Origin: Bacteroidia bacterium
GTDB taxonomy: Bacteria > Bacteroidota > Bacteroidia > M30B66
Assembly (NCBI GenBank): GCA_965279035.1
Contig: OZ257142.1
Location: 1,456,580-1,520,579 of the forward strand
Direction of reading: 5' to 3'
DNA: 64,000 nt
Both the position numbers and the translations under genes were made by a program. The stretch's first letter is position 1. Every line of letters begins with the position of its first letter. The notes under the pieces are model-generated. The model did not search any database. It saw only the letters and a list, made by a program, of their open reading frames with translations, and was not told the DNA's origin. Below are positions 29,935-39,370 of this stretch, in pieces.

Positions 29935-30577
29935 CACTGGCACTTTCTCCTTTGCTAGGTGTATCGTTTCGTGCAGAATTGTAAAAAACAAACATACGAG
30001 CTACATCTTTGAAAAAGTCGATACGAATCATTTCAACTCTATGCACATTTAAACCAGTACGTTTGCGAATGTCTTCAATCATTTCTTCTTGTTTATCTGG
30101 ATGAATTAAATCGATACGATCGTAGATGATTTCTTTTGAATTTTCATGAACGATTTTAACTTGATAATCGATGATCCAAGCAGTTAGTAAGATAATGGCA
30201 TTCGCAGTTCCAAGCAAGAGATAATTATCATCTACTCCAGTGAGTGAGTTTATTATTCCTAGAGTTACGCTTACGAAGAAATACCCCATTTCACGAACAG
30301 GAACTGTTACAGTTCGATAACGCAAAATGGAGAAAATGGCAAATAAGCCAAATGCAAATCCCATTTTGAGTTTAGCACTGCTTAATAAGAAGCAAATGAG
30401 GAAATTGATGATATTAAAAAGGAAAAAGGTGAACAAGAAATCGCGGTTCTTGCTCATAGGATAATAGAGTATCCGAATAAGGATAAAAATCACTAAAAAA
30501 TTAATCCCGAATCGGGTAATAAACTCAAGCCAACCATGCGTTGCAGCTATCTCATTCACTAACTCGCTTGTTTCCAT
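29924..30577 (-). CDS. DUF4956-like integral membrane protein
   Basis: Four or five TM helices followed by a soluble C-terminal domain (DRIDLIHPDKQEEMIEDIRKRTGLNVHRVEMIRIDF). This is the usual partner of bacterial VTC-domain proteins. Confidence 0.6.
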   Translation of the reverse strand: METSELVNEIAATHGWLEFITRFGINFLVIFILIRILYYPMSKNRDFLFTFFLFNIINFLICFLLSSAKLKMGFAFGLFAIFSILRYRTVTVPVREMGYFFVSVTLGIINSLTGVDDNYLLLGTANAIILLTAWIIDYQVKIVHENSKEIIYDRIDLIHPDKQEEMIEDIRKRTGLNVHRVEMIRIDFFKDVARMFVFYNSARNDTPSKGESASDED

Positions 30578-31359
30578 TGATCTTCTATTAAGTGCTTTAT
30601 TTTACGGAGTTTGGATCCAAATGCATTGCGTTTAATGTTATGATTTAATAAAGCAACTGCAATGGTATATTTACTTATTCGGGTTTCGCGTAATTGTCGT
30701 TTGCGCAAACATTCCAAGAACTGACTATTTCGTGATGCTTTCGCTTGTTTCACTTCAACTATTACCAAGCCTTCTAATGAAATTTCCGCGATTTCATTTT
30801 TGAGGTGTAAATTGAGATCAATGGTAACTCGCTCTTCCGAATTACGATTCATAAGTGTTAATCGTTTATAATTAACCCACATGGTAGGAACTAAGTGTAA
30901 ACCATCTTTCACATATTCGCTCAATAATTCTTTTTCAGCATTACCGAGCATTTGAGGAATGCTTACAGTTTGAATTCGATGTTTATTTGTCCTTAATCCC
31001 TTGATTTTTTTCTTTATTTCAAAAAACACATCTCCAGAATCTTGATATTTTCTGTAACGGATTTTATAGCGGTTGGGCCTACCATTGTGATGATCGGTAT
31101 AGGATGAATAGGAAGATGTATCGAAATACAATGTATTATATTGTAACAATCTCTTTTCGTTGATTGAAAGAATATTATAGTCATTCAATACTTCTTTTAA
31201 CACTGATTCGAGCTCGTTATATTTGAAAATGAACTTTTGATCCACCCTATTGAATAGTTTAAGTCGGTTTATATCATCAAGGCTAGCAACCTGAAATTGA
31301 TCTAAAATAGCTATAAGTGGATTTTCAGAACTCATGCTAGTCTTAATCGTAAATAACAA
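30559..31359 (-). CDS. VTC-domain (polyphosphate-polymerase/CYTH tunnel fold) protein
   Basis: RVDQKFIF, LYFDT, YKIRYRKY, FFEIKKK and VIVEVK strands match my recall of the VTC/triphosphate-tunnel family. 19-nt overlap with the downstream gene. Confidence 0.65.
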   Translation of the reverse strand: MLFTIKTSMSSENPLIAILDQFQVASLDDINRLKLFNRVDQKFIFKYNELESVLKEVLNDYNILSINEKRLLQYNTLYFDTSSYSSYTDHHNGRPNRYKIRYRKYQDSGDVFFEIKKKIKGLRTNKHRIQTVSIPQMLGNAEKELLSEYVKDGLHLVPTMWVNYKRLTLMNRNSEERVTIDLNLHLKNEIAEISLEGLVIVEVKQAKASRNSQFLECLRKRQLRETRISKYTIAVALLNHNIKRNAFGSKLRKIKHLIEDQWKQAS

Positions 31360-31729
31360 AATCGGGAAGAATCAACTCTTGTTTATTTGATGTGATTTCC
31401 ACATCCTGAATGATGTAATTTTGATTGAATACACAGGTGTCGCATTGTGAATAAACAAACACCTTATATTTACCTTTTCGAAGACCTTTAAAAATGTAAT
31501 CTCCTGAATAGGAAGTGCGAACATCATTATCTGCCGTGCTATTATCTCCATAAGAAATATAAACACGATAATCACCAGCATATGCACTGTCGGTAATTAT
31601 TCCACTCGTATTAATATCATATCCAAAAACTTTTCCTCTTATAGTAGCAGAGCCTCCTTCTCCCGGTTCTTTACTACAAGAAATTAGGATGATCAAACTA
31701 AGGATTAGCATAATTGAAAATCGAAACAT
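31343..31729 (-). CDS. Small lipoprotein with a carboxypeptidase-regulatory-like beta-sandwich
   Basis: Lipobox LILISC, and IRGKVFGYD...GDYIFKGLRKGKYKV. 17-nt overlap with the VTC gene. Confidence 0.5.
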   Translation of the reverse strand: MFRFSIMLILSLIILISCSKEPGEGGSATIRGKVFGYDINTSGIITDSAYAGDYRVYISYGDNSTADNDVRTSYSGDYIFKGLRKGKYKVFVYSQCDTCVFNQNYIIQDVEITSNKQELILPDFVIYD

Positions 31730-31934
31730 GGTATTTTTAGCTGAATATTACGCAAAAGTTAATTCAAACTTGTCGATTCTTAAAATGGACAATGAAAATT
31801 CTACCTTTTGAAATCAGGTTTTTTAATTATAAGCTGATTTGGATTATAATTTTAAACAGAATTTATTAATCATTAAATAAAAAATGCGCACCTAAATTAA
31901 AGGCTTGATAATCGTTTTATTTAATATGGATTTA

Positions 31935-33962
31935 TTAGTCATTTTGATAAACTGAGATATCGAGATTATCAATATGTATTGTGTTTTTGCCTCTATTCCA
32001 AATATACACAGATAGTTTACAGTTAGGGCCACACGTTGGAATCATAAAGAGAGAGAGAGATTTTTTCCAGGCATTGCGTTCTTTTTTTAAAGTCTCAATG
32101 GGTGTGTCTTTATAAAATACATTTTTACCATCTTCATCAATGGCAACAACTAAACGACTTTCAGGGGCTAATTGTGGATTAAGTAAAGCAGCACTAACGA
32201 TGAGCATTGTTTCCTTTCTATTAAAGATAGATGTTATTGGTGATCTGTAAGTTATTCCAAATTCATTTTCTGATGAAGTTATTCCAGAATACTTGCCTTC
32301 AAACGATTGAGTTGAATCGGTTTCGGTATGTTCCCATGGGGACTCTACTTTAATTTCGAAGTCGTTACTTATTTTTAAGAGTGCTTTTTTTTCGTTGAGT
32401 TGATAGAAATCTGCCAATGTTCGTTCTTTTTCGAAATCGATATGCTTGAATATACTCACTGGACCTAAATCAGCAACTTTGTGCATGTAATTAATGATTT
32501 CGGGATAATTGGGGTAGATATCACTTAAAAACCATTCATCCTGTAGGAGAATATAATCGTATTTCCATTGTAATGCATTTCGGAGATTTTCTTCGGAGGT
32601 TGTTACTACTGCAAAGCCTTTTCGCTGCATACGAATAAAAGGAATGTTGGGTGCTTGAGAATCTAAAACCAACAATATAGCTGAACGAGCTATTCCCATT
32701 GAATCGAGCTTCACATCCATGCCTTTGTAATCTCTTACCATGGACGCAATTTTATCCCAATGTCCAGTACCTCGTTTTTCTTCTTGAATGGTAGCCGTGA
32801 AATAGACCATAAGTACTAATAGTCCGGCACCTAAATACATTGAATAATTGATACTCTCAATGGAAGATTTGAGGTAACGAAACAATAAGATAAAAGCAAG
32901 AATTCCTGGTAAAAAGAATGTATCGAGAAAATAATAATCGTGAACTCGAAACTGTTGCAACATAGCAAACAGGAAGAATAAACAACCCAAAAAACAAATG
33001 AGCGCAAATTGTAATAGGTTTTTAGACAGTGACTCAAAACCGCCACGTTTTTTCAAATACTGATAAATAGCAATAATGATCAGAAATGATAAGAGTACAA
33101 TTTGAATGGGATTGAAATAATGATAAATCCAAGTATCTATAACGTTCGATACAATATCAATAGCTTCTCCGAAACTAGCCGCTGGTTTTAATTTGTTGAG
33201 AAAAAGCGAACCATACTGAACACGCAGCTGATTATTATAAATAAAGTAAAAAGCGATAAAACTAAATCCAAGAATTAATGAAACCCAATGCTTCCAGCGA
33301 AATTTTCGTTCTTGAATCATCCGCAAAAACTCCATAGAAGCAATGGCAATAAGCGGTATGACAAAAGTTGTTCGAGTAGCAGCTGCTATAGTGAATAAAG
33401 TTATTGCTAAAATAAATGTTCCAGTTTTGCTCGTTTTTCGATGCTTGAAATAATAATAAACTCCAATAATGCTAATAGAAAGTGAAGGTATTCCTGGTAG
33501 AAATCCAGCTTGGTAATAGGTAAATAATGGAGCCGTTGCAGCTATGCCAGTTAAAAACAAAGAACTCATCCAGTCATTTTCGACTAAACGCGATAGCCTA
33601 TAGAAATAAAATAAACCAAGGAAACTCAACAACAATTCATAACATCGGAATACCCAAGGATCTCGTGTCTGAAAGAGTTTCATTCCTGCAGCAATGATGT
33701 ATTCATGAATCGGGAAATCAACGGCAGTAATACTAGTAGTTCCTGGAACTAAAAAATCACCAGGAAACTGTTTGTTCATCACATACGTCTGGGGATGAAA
33801 GAAATCAAAACCATTATCTAAAAATCCTAAGGCAATAGCAAAGCGGTCCGATTGTGCCCAAGCATGCGTCCATAGCGGAAACTCGTTGAGGTTTTTAGCA
33901 TGAAAAAACAAGCCAAGACTTAGGATCAACGCAAATGCCCATATCTTTTCTTTCTGTTTCAT
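31935..33962 (-). CDS. Polytopic membrane glycosyltransferase, GT39/ArnT-like (GT-C fold), with a C-terminal periplasmic domain
   Basis: About 11 TM helices in the first 400 aa with an early loop (AQSDRFAIALGFLDNGFDFFHP). The soluble C-terminal domain is about 270 aa. The family call is from architecture only. Confidence 0.55.
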   Translation of the reverse strand: MKQKEKIWAFALILSLGLFFHAKNLNEFPLWTHAWAQSDRFAIALGFLDNGFDFFHPQTYVMNKQFPGDFLVPGTTSITAVDFPIHEYIIAAGMKLFQTRDPWVFRCYELLLSFLGLFYFYRLSRLVENDWMSSLFLTGIAATAPLFTYYQAGFLPGIPSLSISIIGVYYYFKHRKTSKTGTFILAITLFTIAAATRTTFVIPLIAIASMEFLRMIQERKFRWKHWVSLILGFSFIAFYFIYNNQLRVQYGSLFLNKLKPAASFGEAIDIVSNVIDTWIYHYFNPIQIVLLSFLIIIAIYQYLKKRGGFESLSKNLLQFALICFLGCLFFLFAMLQQFRVHDYYFLDTFFLPGILAFILLFRYLKSSIESINYSMYLGAGLLVLMVYFTATIQEEKRGTGHWDKIASMVRDYKGMDVKLDSMGIARSAILLVLDSQAPNIPFIRMQRKGFAVVTTSEENLRNALQWKYDYILLQDEWFLSDIYPNYPEIINYMHKVADLGPVSIFKHIDFEKERTLADFYQLNEKKALLKISNDFEIKVESPWEHTETDSTQSFEGKYSGITSSENEFGITYRSPITSIFNRKETMLIVSAALLNPQLAPESRLVVAIDEDGKNVFYKDTPIETLKKERNAWKKSLSLFMIPTCGPNCKLSVYIWNRGKNTIHIDNLDISVYQND

Positions 33963-34001
33963 GTTAATTATTCCTACAGTTTAAATTGTATAATTAGCAA
34001 T

Positions 34002-34451
34002 TTAAGGATGATGTACAACATTTCCTTTTTCATCCATTTCTAAAAATGGATTATAAGCTAATTCCCAAAGATTCCCTTCTGGATCAGAAATATATCCACT
34101 ATATCCACCCCAAAAAACATGTTCAGGCGATTTTAAAGGTTGAGCACCTTTACTAGTGATTTCATTGAAGTGTTGATCAACTTCAGCTTCTGAATTAAAA
34201 TTAATTGAAAAGCTAAATGATTTAAAACCATTACCAAGTTCAGAAACACTAGCATCTTTGGCAAGTTCATGAGCTGGAAAAAGGCCAAGAATAAAGCCGT
34301 TTAACTTAAAAAATACAATTCCATCGCTGTCTTTGAGTAAAGTCCAGCCAAACACATGGGTGTAAAATGACTTCATATTCTGAAGATTTTTCACACCTAG
34401 GGTAATAAAACTAATACGTTGATTCATTTCGAGCTGAATGGGATTTTGCAA
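34002..34451 (-). CDS. VOC-family (glyoxalase/bleomycin-resistance fold) protein
   Basis: ISFITLGVKNLQNMKSFYTHVFGW...DPEGNLWELAYNP is a typical VOC pattern. Confidence 0.8.
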   Translation of the reverse strand: MQNPIQLEMNQRISFITLGVKNLQNMKSFYTHVFGWTLLKDSDGIVFFKLNGFILGLFPAHELAKDASVSELGNGFKSFSFSINFNSEAEVDQHFNEITSKGAQPLKSPEHVFWGGYSGYISDPEGNLWELAYNPFLEMDEKGNVVHHP

Positions 34452-34517
34452 ATCTATTTATTCAACAACAGCTTTCGAAGCCTCAAAAGGGAATCAACTT
34501 ACATGGAATTGATTTTC

Positions 34518-34919
34518 TTAGGAATATATCCGCAGTGTTGTGCCTGTTAATTCGGTCTTGTATTGTGTTAATGCGGCATTAGCTGGGCCATTTTGTACAG
34601 CACCAGTGCTACTAAAATTAGCACCATGATTATTACAATGAAAGCGATTAGTGGCTGCTTGATAGGTTACATTCGTTCCTTCATGCGTGCATGCTGCTGC
34701 AACGGCGATGTATGTTCCCGAATTGGTGCGGGCTACAATAATACCTTTTGTAACAACATATCCACCATTTGTATTTAAAGCCGAATTGGCACTGCTATTT
34801 AAATCAAGTGTAAAATCGGTAGCATTTGTTTCTGTTTTTTTGCAAGCACCTAAGCAAGTTGCTACTACCAAACCACCAGCAGAAATGCCAAGGATAGATA
34901 AAAATTCTTTTCTGTTCAT
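34518..34919 (-). CDS. Exported Rieske [2Fe-2S] lipoprotein
   Basis: CTHEG...CNNHG (CxH...CxxH). Tat-like/lipobox leader MNRKEFLSILGISAGGLVVATCLGAC (start moved to 34919). Confidence 0.75.
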   Translation of the reverse strand: MNRKEFLSILGISAGGLVVATCLGACKKTETNATDFTLDLNSSANSALNTNGGYVVTKGIIVARTNSGTYIAVAAACTHEGTNVTYQAATNRFHCNNHGANFSSTGAVQNGPANAALTQYKTELTGTTLRIYS

Positions 34920-35006
34920 GGATAAATGAGATACAAGAAGAAAGCAAATTGACTTCTTTGCTAAACTCAAGACGTTTATTAATAGTATTTCGTTGCGTAA
35001 AGAAAA

Positions 35007-35888
35007 TTATTCTTGCCAAATAATTATGGGACGAAATCCAACTGTAGAACTAGGTTGTTGGAACGAAACAAAACTTTCATTTCGCACATCATACCCAACT
35101 GAATTCCAACTACCGCCCATTGCTTTATCTGCATCACTCACAAGTTCAGCCACATTTCCGTTCATATTATACAAACCCAAAGTGGTTTCAAAATACGATT
35201 TAACAGGAGCTGTAATGCTTGCGTTATCACTTAAATAGGAGAGAATATCATAACTTTTAGATAGCTCTATTTCAAACTGTTTTTTGTCATCATTCCAATG
35301 AATACTCTCTGCACCTATATTTCGGTAATTACATAATTGCTGTCTACGAATGTTTTGTAGGCTATTTCCACCCCAAGAATAATCTGTTCCTTTTGATCCT
35401 GAACGAGCAGCATACAACCATTGTTCACTCGTAGGAATCATAACTTTAACCTTACTCTTTCCAGCTAATTGAGTATTGATTTTTTCTGTAAGCCATTGGC
35501 AATACAATTCGGCACCAGCTTTCGAAACACCAACAACTGGATAGTTTTTATATGCAGGATGCCAATTGTAATAATTCATGTATGGCTCGTAATAACTGAC
35601 ATTCCAGACTGTTGAATCATAAATAGCAATGGCGTATTTATCTAATTCACCTTTCAATTTCAAGTCGGCTAGGAATGCACGATACTGACCATTGCTAATC
35701 TCTGTTTTCGACATCATAAATGCCGACATCTGTTTTCCTAAACCCGATTGAGTTTCAACACTAGAAGGGATGAACACAAATTCTTTTTGAATCGATTTAG
35801 GTAGCGATTTTACAACTGCTTTTGGTTTAAAGGCACTTAGTCCGATACAGATTAAGCTGATTGCGATTATTGGAGTAGCTGTTTTCAT
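35007..35888 (-). CDS. FGE-sulfatase (SUMF1/GldJ/GldK-like) family protein
   Basis: YPVVGVSKAGAELYCQWL, IPTSEQWLYAARSG, GLYNMNGNVAELVSD and GGSWNS. Confidence 0.8.
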   Translation of the reverse strand: MKTATPIIAISLICIGLSAFKPKAVVKSLPKSIQKEFVFIPSSVETQSGLGKQMSAFMMSKTEISNGQYRAFLADLKLKGELDKYAIAIYDSTVWNVSYYEPYMNYYNWHPAYKNYPVVGVSKAGAELYCQWLTEKINTQLAGKSKVKVMIPTSEQWLYAARSGSKGTDYSWGGNSLQNIRRQQLCNYRNIGAESIHWNDDKKQFEIELSKSYDILSYLSDNASITAPVKSYFETTLGLYNMNGNVAELVSDADKAMGGSWNSVGYDVRNESFVSFQQPSSTVGFRPIIIWQE

Positions 35889-35928
35889 AAAAATCTTAAC
35901 GGTGAGCAAATCAAGAAATTGCGTGATT

Positions 35929-36456
35929 CTATTTTGATTTTTTGAAAGCTGCTTGGTAGATTTTTCGGATGCTATTTTTCTCTTCCCGTTCGCAAATAGT
36001 TTCTAAAGCAGCTTTTAAATCTTTGTGTTTGGAGAGGTTTAATTTTAAAATTTCACCTAATGCTGTTGCCGCACTCCAGCGAACAACGGTACCTGCATGT
36101 TCGGTATTGACAAGCAAGCCTTTAATCGAATCCGATAAAGTAGCAGGAAATAAATGAGCTATATGAGCAATAACTTTCGCGCTTTCCCATTTCACGCGTG
36201 GAGCTTTGGCGCCTAGTTCTTTCGTTACAAATTCCAATAATGTTGCATTCGCAATTCCTGGAACTTTATTCGTAGCAAATTCAAACGCTTCGATACAACT
36301 TGCTTTTATTGGATCTTTTGATTTAGTTGCATATTCAATTAATGCATCAACTTCTAAGTGAGCTTCGATCAAAGCGCGACTAATAGTTTCGGTTTTTTCT
36401 TTGGTACTCAAAAAAGGATCACCTAACAGTGCTTCAATTTGAAATTGTTTTGCCAT
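35929..36456 (-). CDS. HEAT-like helical repeat protein (AlkD-like fold?)
   Basis: All-helical repeats (VRWSAATALGEILK, VKWESAKVIAHIAHL). Functional call is weak. Confidence 0.45.
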   Translation of the reverse strand: MAKQFQIEALLGDPFLSTKEKTETISRALIEAHLEVDALIEYATKSKDPIKASCIEAFEFATNKVPGIANATLLEFVTKELGAKAPRVKWESAKVIAHIAHLFPATLSDSIKGLLVNTEHAGTVVRWSAATALGEILKLNLSKHKDLKAALETICEREEKNSIRKIYQAAFKKSK

Positions 36457-36719
36457 CAGTTTTGTAAATAAGTAATTGTAGGTGCAGGCAAATCGGGAAA
36501 AGCATTCATTGCTTGTTGGAGCATCTCGTTTATATATGCACGTGCTTTATCTAAATCTTCAGCAGAGAATAAAAACAGAACTTCCTCTGAGTCATCTGCA
36601 TTGCGCCACAGATGTTCTAAGTTCATTCCACGTTCGGCATGTTCGGCAGCATCTGCAAGTAAAACCAATTCCAAATCTTCCAATTGAATCCCGCGCAAAC
36701 GGGCAAACACATGTGACAT
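36456..36719 (-). CDS. Hypothetical acidic protein (87 aa)
   Basis: ORF only. Its stop overlaps the start of the downstream gene by 1 nt. Confidence 0.4.
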   Translation of the reverse strand: MSHVFARLRGIQLEDLELVLLADAAEHAERGMNLEHLWRNADDSEEVLFLFSAEDLDKARAYINEMLQQAMNAFPDLPAPTITYLQN

Positions 36720-36776
36720 AGCGTAAAGGTTAAAGTCCGAAAGATAAAAATTTGCATGTGTTTTCTACGATTCTTT

Positions 36777-36919
36777 TGGGGCTGCCCTTCGCCCAATCCA
36801 ATTCTTTCCTTGGGCTCAGGTCGGGCTTTCGGCTATTTCCGATAGTTATCGGAATCTCACTGCCCTCCTTCGCTATTGCTTCGGTGGGCGATGCGGGGTG
36901 CCGCCTCAATCCCTCAGCC
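36777..36919 (-). repeat. GC-rich hairpin-dense intergenic element, copy 1 (inverted relative to copy 3)
   Basis: The reverse complement aligns with 51117-51243. The shared core is CCGAAGC(R)ATAGCGAAGG(M)GGGCAGT(R)AGATTCCGATAACTATCGGAAA(Y)AGC, and the termini are related (..TGAG.G..T.GAGGC.. and ..GAAGGGCA.CCC). Confidence 0.6.
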
Positions 36920-37190
36920 AGTTATATTTTGCTAAATATTTAAATTGAAATTAAAAAAGGTGTAAGGGAGTATGCTTCGTAAGTTGTTGTTATTCAACAA
37001 TATAAATAGTAATTTCTCTCGCGCACGCGGGGCCGACCACTAACCACCCACCAACTCAAAGTTACGAATTGCGTTTGAGGTAAGTCGTATAGTAAACGTT
37101 TAAGAACGGCTAGTTTTTGACAATGCTGTTGATTTCTTTTTTCAATTCTCGAATGCCTATTATTCTTGAAAATGACAGCTTATAGCAATA

Positions 37191-37321
37191 CGCGTGAGCG
37201 GTAGAGCCGGAACTAGCCGTTTTAGGTGCCTTCGCCAAGGCTATGGCACCTAAAAGGACTATAAGGCGATGACGCGACCTTTGTATGCCTTAGCCATAGC
37301 GAAGGCTTTCAAAGGGCACGC
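37191..37321 (+). repeat. GC-rich hairpin-dense intergenic element, copy 2 (same termini, different internal hairpins)
   Basis: It shares the 5' CGCGTGAGCGGTAGAG and the 3' GATGACGCGA(Y)CT...AAGGGCA(Y)GC with copy 3. The interior has an AGGTGCC...GGCACCT hairpin and TTCGCC / TAGCGAAGG motifs. Confidence 0.55.
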
Positions 37322-37381
37322 ACTAACACCTAGATGCAACCTTACTATCTGGATTCGTGATTTTCGTCTTAGTTTCGCTGT

Positions 37382-38608
37382 ATGAAAAAACTGCTCATCA
37401 TTGGTACCGTTTGGCCTGAGCCTACTTCATCGGCAGCTGGGACGCGTATGATGCAGATCATTGATTTGTTTCTGCAGGCTCATTGGGAGATTTGTTTTGC
37501 ATGTCCGGCTGCTGAGAGTGAATTCTCTGTATCAATGAGTGATCGAAACATTCGGAAAGAAATAATCGAATTGAACGAGGATAGTTTTGATGAATTTGTT
37601 ACTGAATTCAATCCTGATGCAGTGCTTTTTGACCGTTTTATGATGGAAGAGCAATTTGGTTGGAGAGTGGCGCAAAATTGTCCAGATGCCTTGCGGATAT
37701 TGGATACCGAGGATTTGCATTTTCTTCGAATTGCTCGTCAGGAAGCAGTGAAGGATGGGCGCACAATCGAGTTATCAGATTTGAAAAATGAAACTGCTAA
37801 ACGTGAAATCGCTTCGATGTATCGTTGCGATTTGAGTTTGATTATTTCTTCCTACGAGTACGAATTATTGCAATCAATAATTCAGCTTGATGCTTCGCTT
37901 TTATACTATTTACCTATGCAAGCAGGGAAGATGCCAGTTGGAAATAAATCATTTGAAGAACGTTCGGGTTTTGTTACGATTGGGAATTATCGTCACCCAC
38001 CCAATTCCGATTCGGTGAAATATTTAAAAACGGAAATCTGGCCACTAATTCGTCAAGCTTTGCCAAATGTGGAAATGCATGTATATGGTTCGTATCCATC
38101 GCCAGCTATGTTGCAATTGAATCATCCTGCATCTGGTTTTTATTTACATGGACGAGCAAATTCGGTGGAAGAAGTGATGCAAGATGCTCGAGTTTGTTTG
38201 GCTCCTTTACGTTTTGGAGCAGGAATAAAGGGTAAATTGATTGATGCGATGCGTTGTCAAACCCCATCCGTAACTACGCAAATAGGAGCAGAGGGGATGC
38301 ATGATGGACTGGAGTGGAATGGGTTTATAGAGGACGATCCTAAAGTATTTGCTGAAGCAGCTATAACGCTATACTCAAATGAGAATATGTGGAATGATGC
38401 GAGTAAACAAGGAAAGTTTTTAATTGAAAAATGCTATCAATCCAATGAAAAAGTTCTTGGATTTTTATCTCGAATAAATGAATTAATTGAAACTCGAAAT
38501 GAGCACCGTAATCAGAATTTTATTGGTGCTATGCTGATGCATCATACGCTTCAAAGCACGAAGTATTTATCGAAATGGATACAGGGAAAAAATAAAAATA
38601 AGTATTAA
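37382..38608 (+). CDS. Glycosyltransferase (GT-B fold, group 1-like)
   Basis: MKKLLIIGTVWPEPTSSAAGTRMMQ N-terminus. The C-terminal half carries RFGAGIKGKLIDAMRCQTPSVTT, a GT1/GT4-type nucleotide-sugar pocket. Confidence 0.7.
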   Translation: MKKLLIIGTVWPEPTSSAAGTRMMQIIDLFLQAHWEICFACPAAESEFSVSMSDRNIRKEIIELNEDSFDEFVTEFNPDAVLFDRFMMEEQFGWRVAQNCPDALRILDTEDLHFLRIARQEAVKDGRTIELSDLKNETAKREIASMYRCDLSLIISSYEYELLQSIIQLDASLLYYLPMQAGKMPVGNKSFEERSGFVTIGNYRHPPNSDSVKYLKTEIWPLIRQALPNVEMHVYGSYPSPAMLQLNHPASGFYLHGRANSVEEVMQDARVCLAPLRFGAGIKGKLIDAMRCQTPSVTTQIGAEGMHDGLEWNGFIEDDPKVFAEAAITLYSNENMWNDASKQGKFLIEKCYQSNEKVLGFLSRINELIETRNEHRNQNFIGAMLMHHTLQSTKYLSKWIQGKNKNKY

Positions 38609-39204
38609 AATTTAGCAATATCAATAACGACATCGACTAAATCTTTTTTCTTAGAAACACCAAAGTAATTTTTTAGAAATACAATGTATTTTTCTACCGT
38701 TCTTTCTGATTTAGCCAAATCTTTAGCTATTTCGGCTGCTGTTTTATTTTGTGCAATAAGTACTAAACAACGACTTAATTTGGTATTTAATTGAACGTAT
38801 TTTCGTTTATTAGTTTCTATTTCTAATTTACTAGTGTCATTTAGTTTACCCTCTGTTTGTAGCAGATTCATGAAATAAATATTTAATTTTTCTTCAATTT
38901 CAGAATCATTAAAAATAAAATCAAAATACGGGCTAACTGATTTTAGAGTTTTAAATTCTCGTTTAATAACAAGCCCAATTGTTACAGGATGATTGTCCTT
39001 GGATTTAATCTTTTTAATTTTTAAATCGAAGGAGTCTCTGTCCGTCAATTTCAATATAAAATGAGTAAAGTTTGGCAGTGGATTCTCGATAAAAAGATCG
39101 GGATGTTCGTAATGAACAAAATTTAATTGGGGGTATTTTTTGGATAAACTGTCTGAAATAATTCGGTAAAAAGAATGGCATTCAGATACAAAAGCGACTT
39201 GCAT
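38605..39204 (-). CDS. LuxR/GerE-type HTH transcriptional regulator with a degenerate receiver-like N-domain
   Basis: C-terminal LSRCLVLIAQNKTAAEIAKDLAKSERTVEKYIVFLKNYFGV. Confidence 0.7.
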   Translation of the reverse strand: MQVAFVSECHSFYRIISDSLSKKYPQLNFVHYEHPDLFIENPLPNFTHFILKLTDRDSFDLKIKKIKSKDNHPVTIGLVIKREFKTLKSVSPYFDFIFNDSEIEEKLNIYFMNLLQTEGKLNDTSKLEIETNKRKYVQLNTKLSRCLVLIAQNKTAAEIAKDLAKSERTVEKYIVFLKNYFGVSKKKDLVDVVIDIAKF

Positions 39205-39370
39205 GGAAGATTGGGTAGATTTTCAAAGTTAACTATTTTTTTAACTCAAAGAACTACCCAAAAAACTACCCAATAGTTGCTGTAGTTGAATTTACTCCTT
39301 CAAATTAATATAAATTTATTTAATCAACATTCTGCAACATTTATTTCATGATTTTAAAACCTAAAATACA

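Noticed and set aside
36732-36800. AAAGTCCG (RNase P P4-like) and GGGGCTG (tmRNA 5'-like) strings in the long intergenic region
   Set aside because: These are isolated short matches. The other universally conserved RNase P blocks are absent, and so is the tmRNA tRNA-like 3' end (GGTTCGA...CCA).
36752-36943. 63-aa plus-strand ORF in the GC-rich spacer, and the 94-aa ORF 51146..51430
   Set aside because: Both run through copies of the hairpin-rich repeat. The second also crosses a terminator and the 3' end of the DUF4139 gene. Their translations are low-complexity, so they are most likely non-coding.
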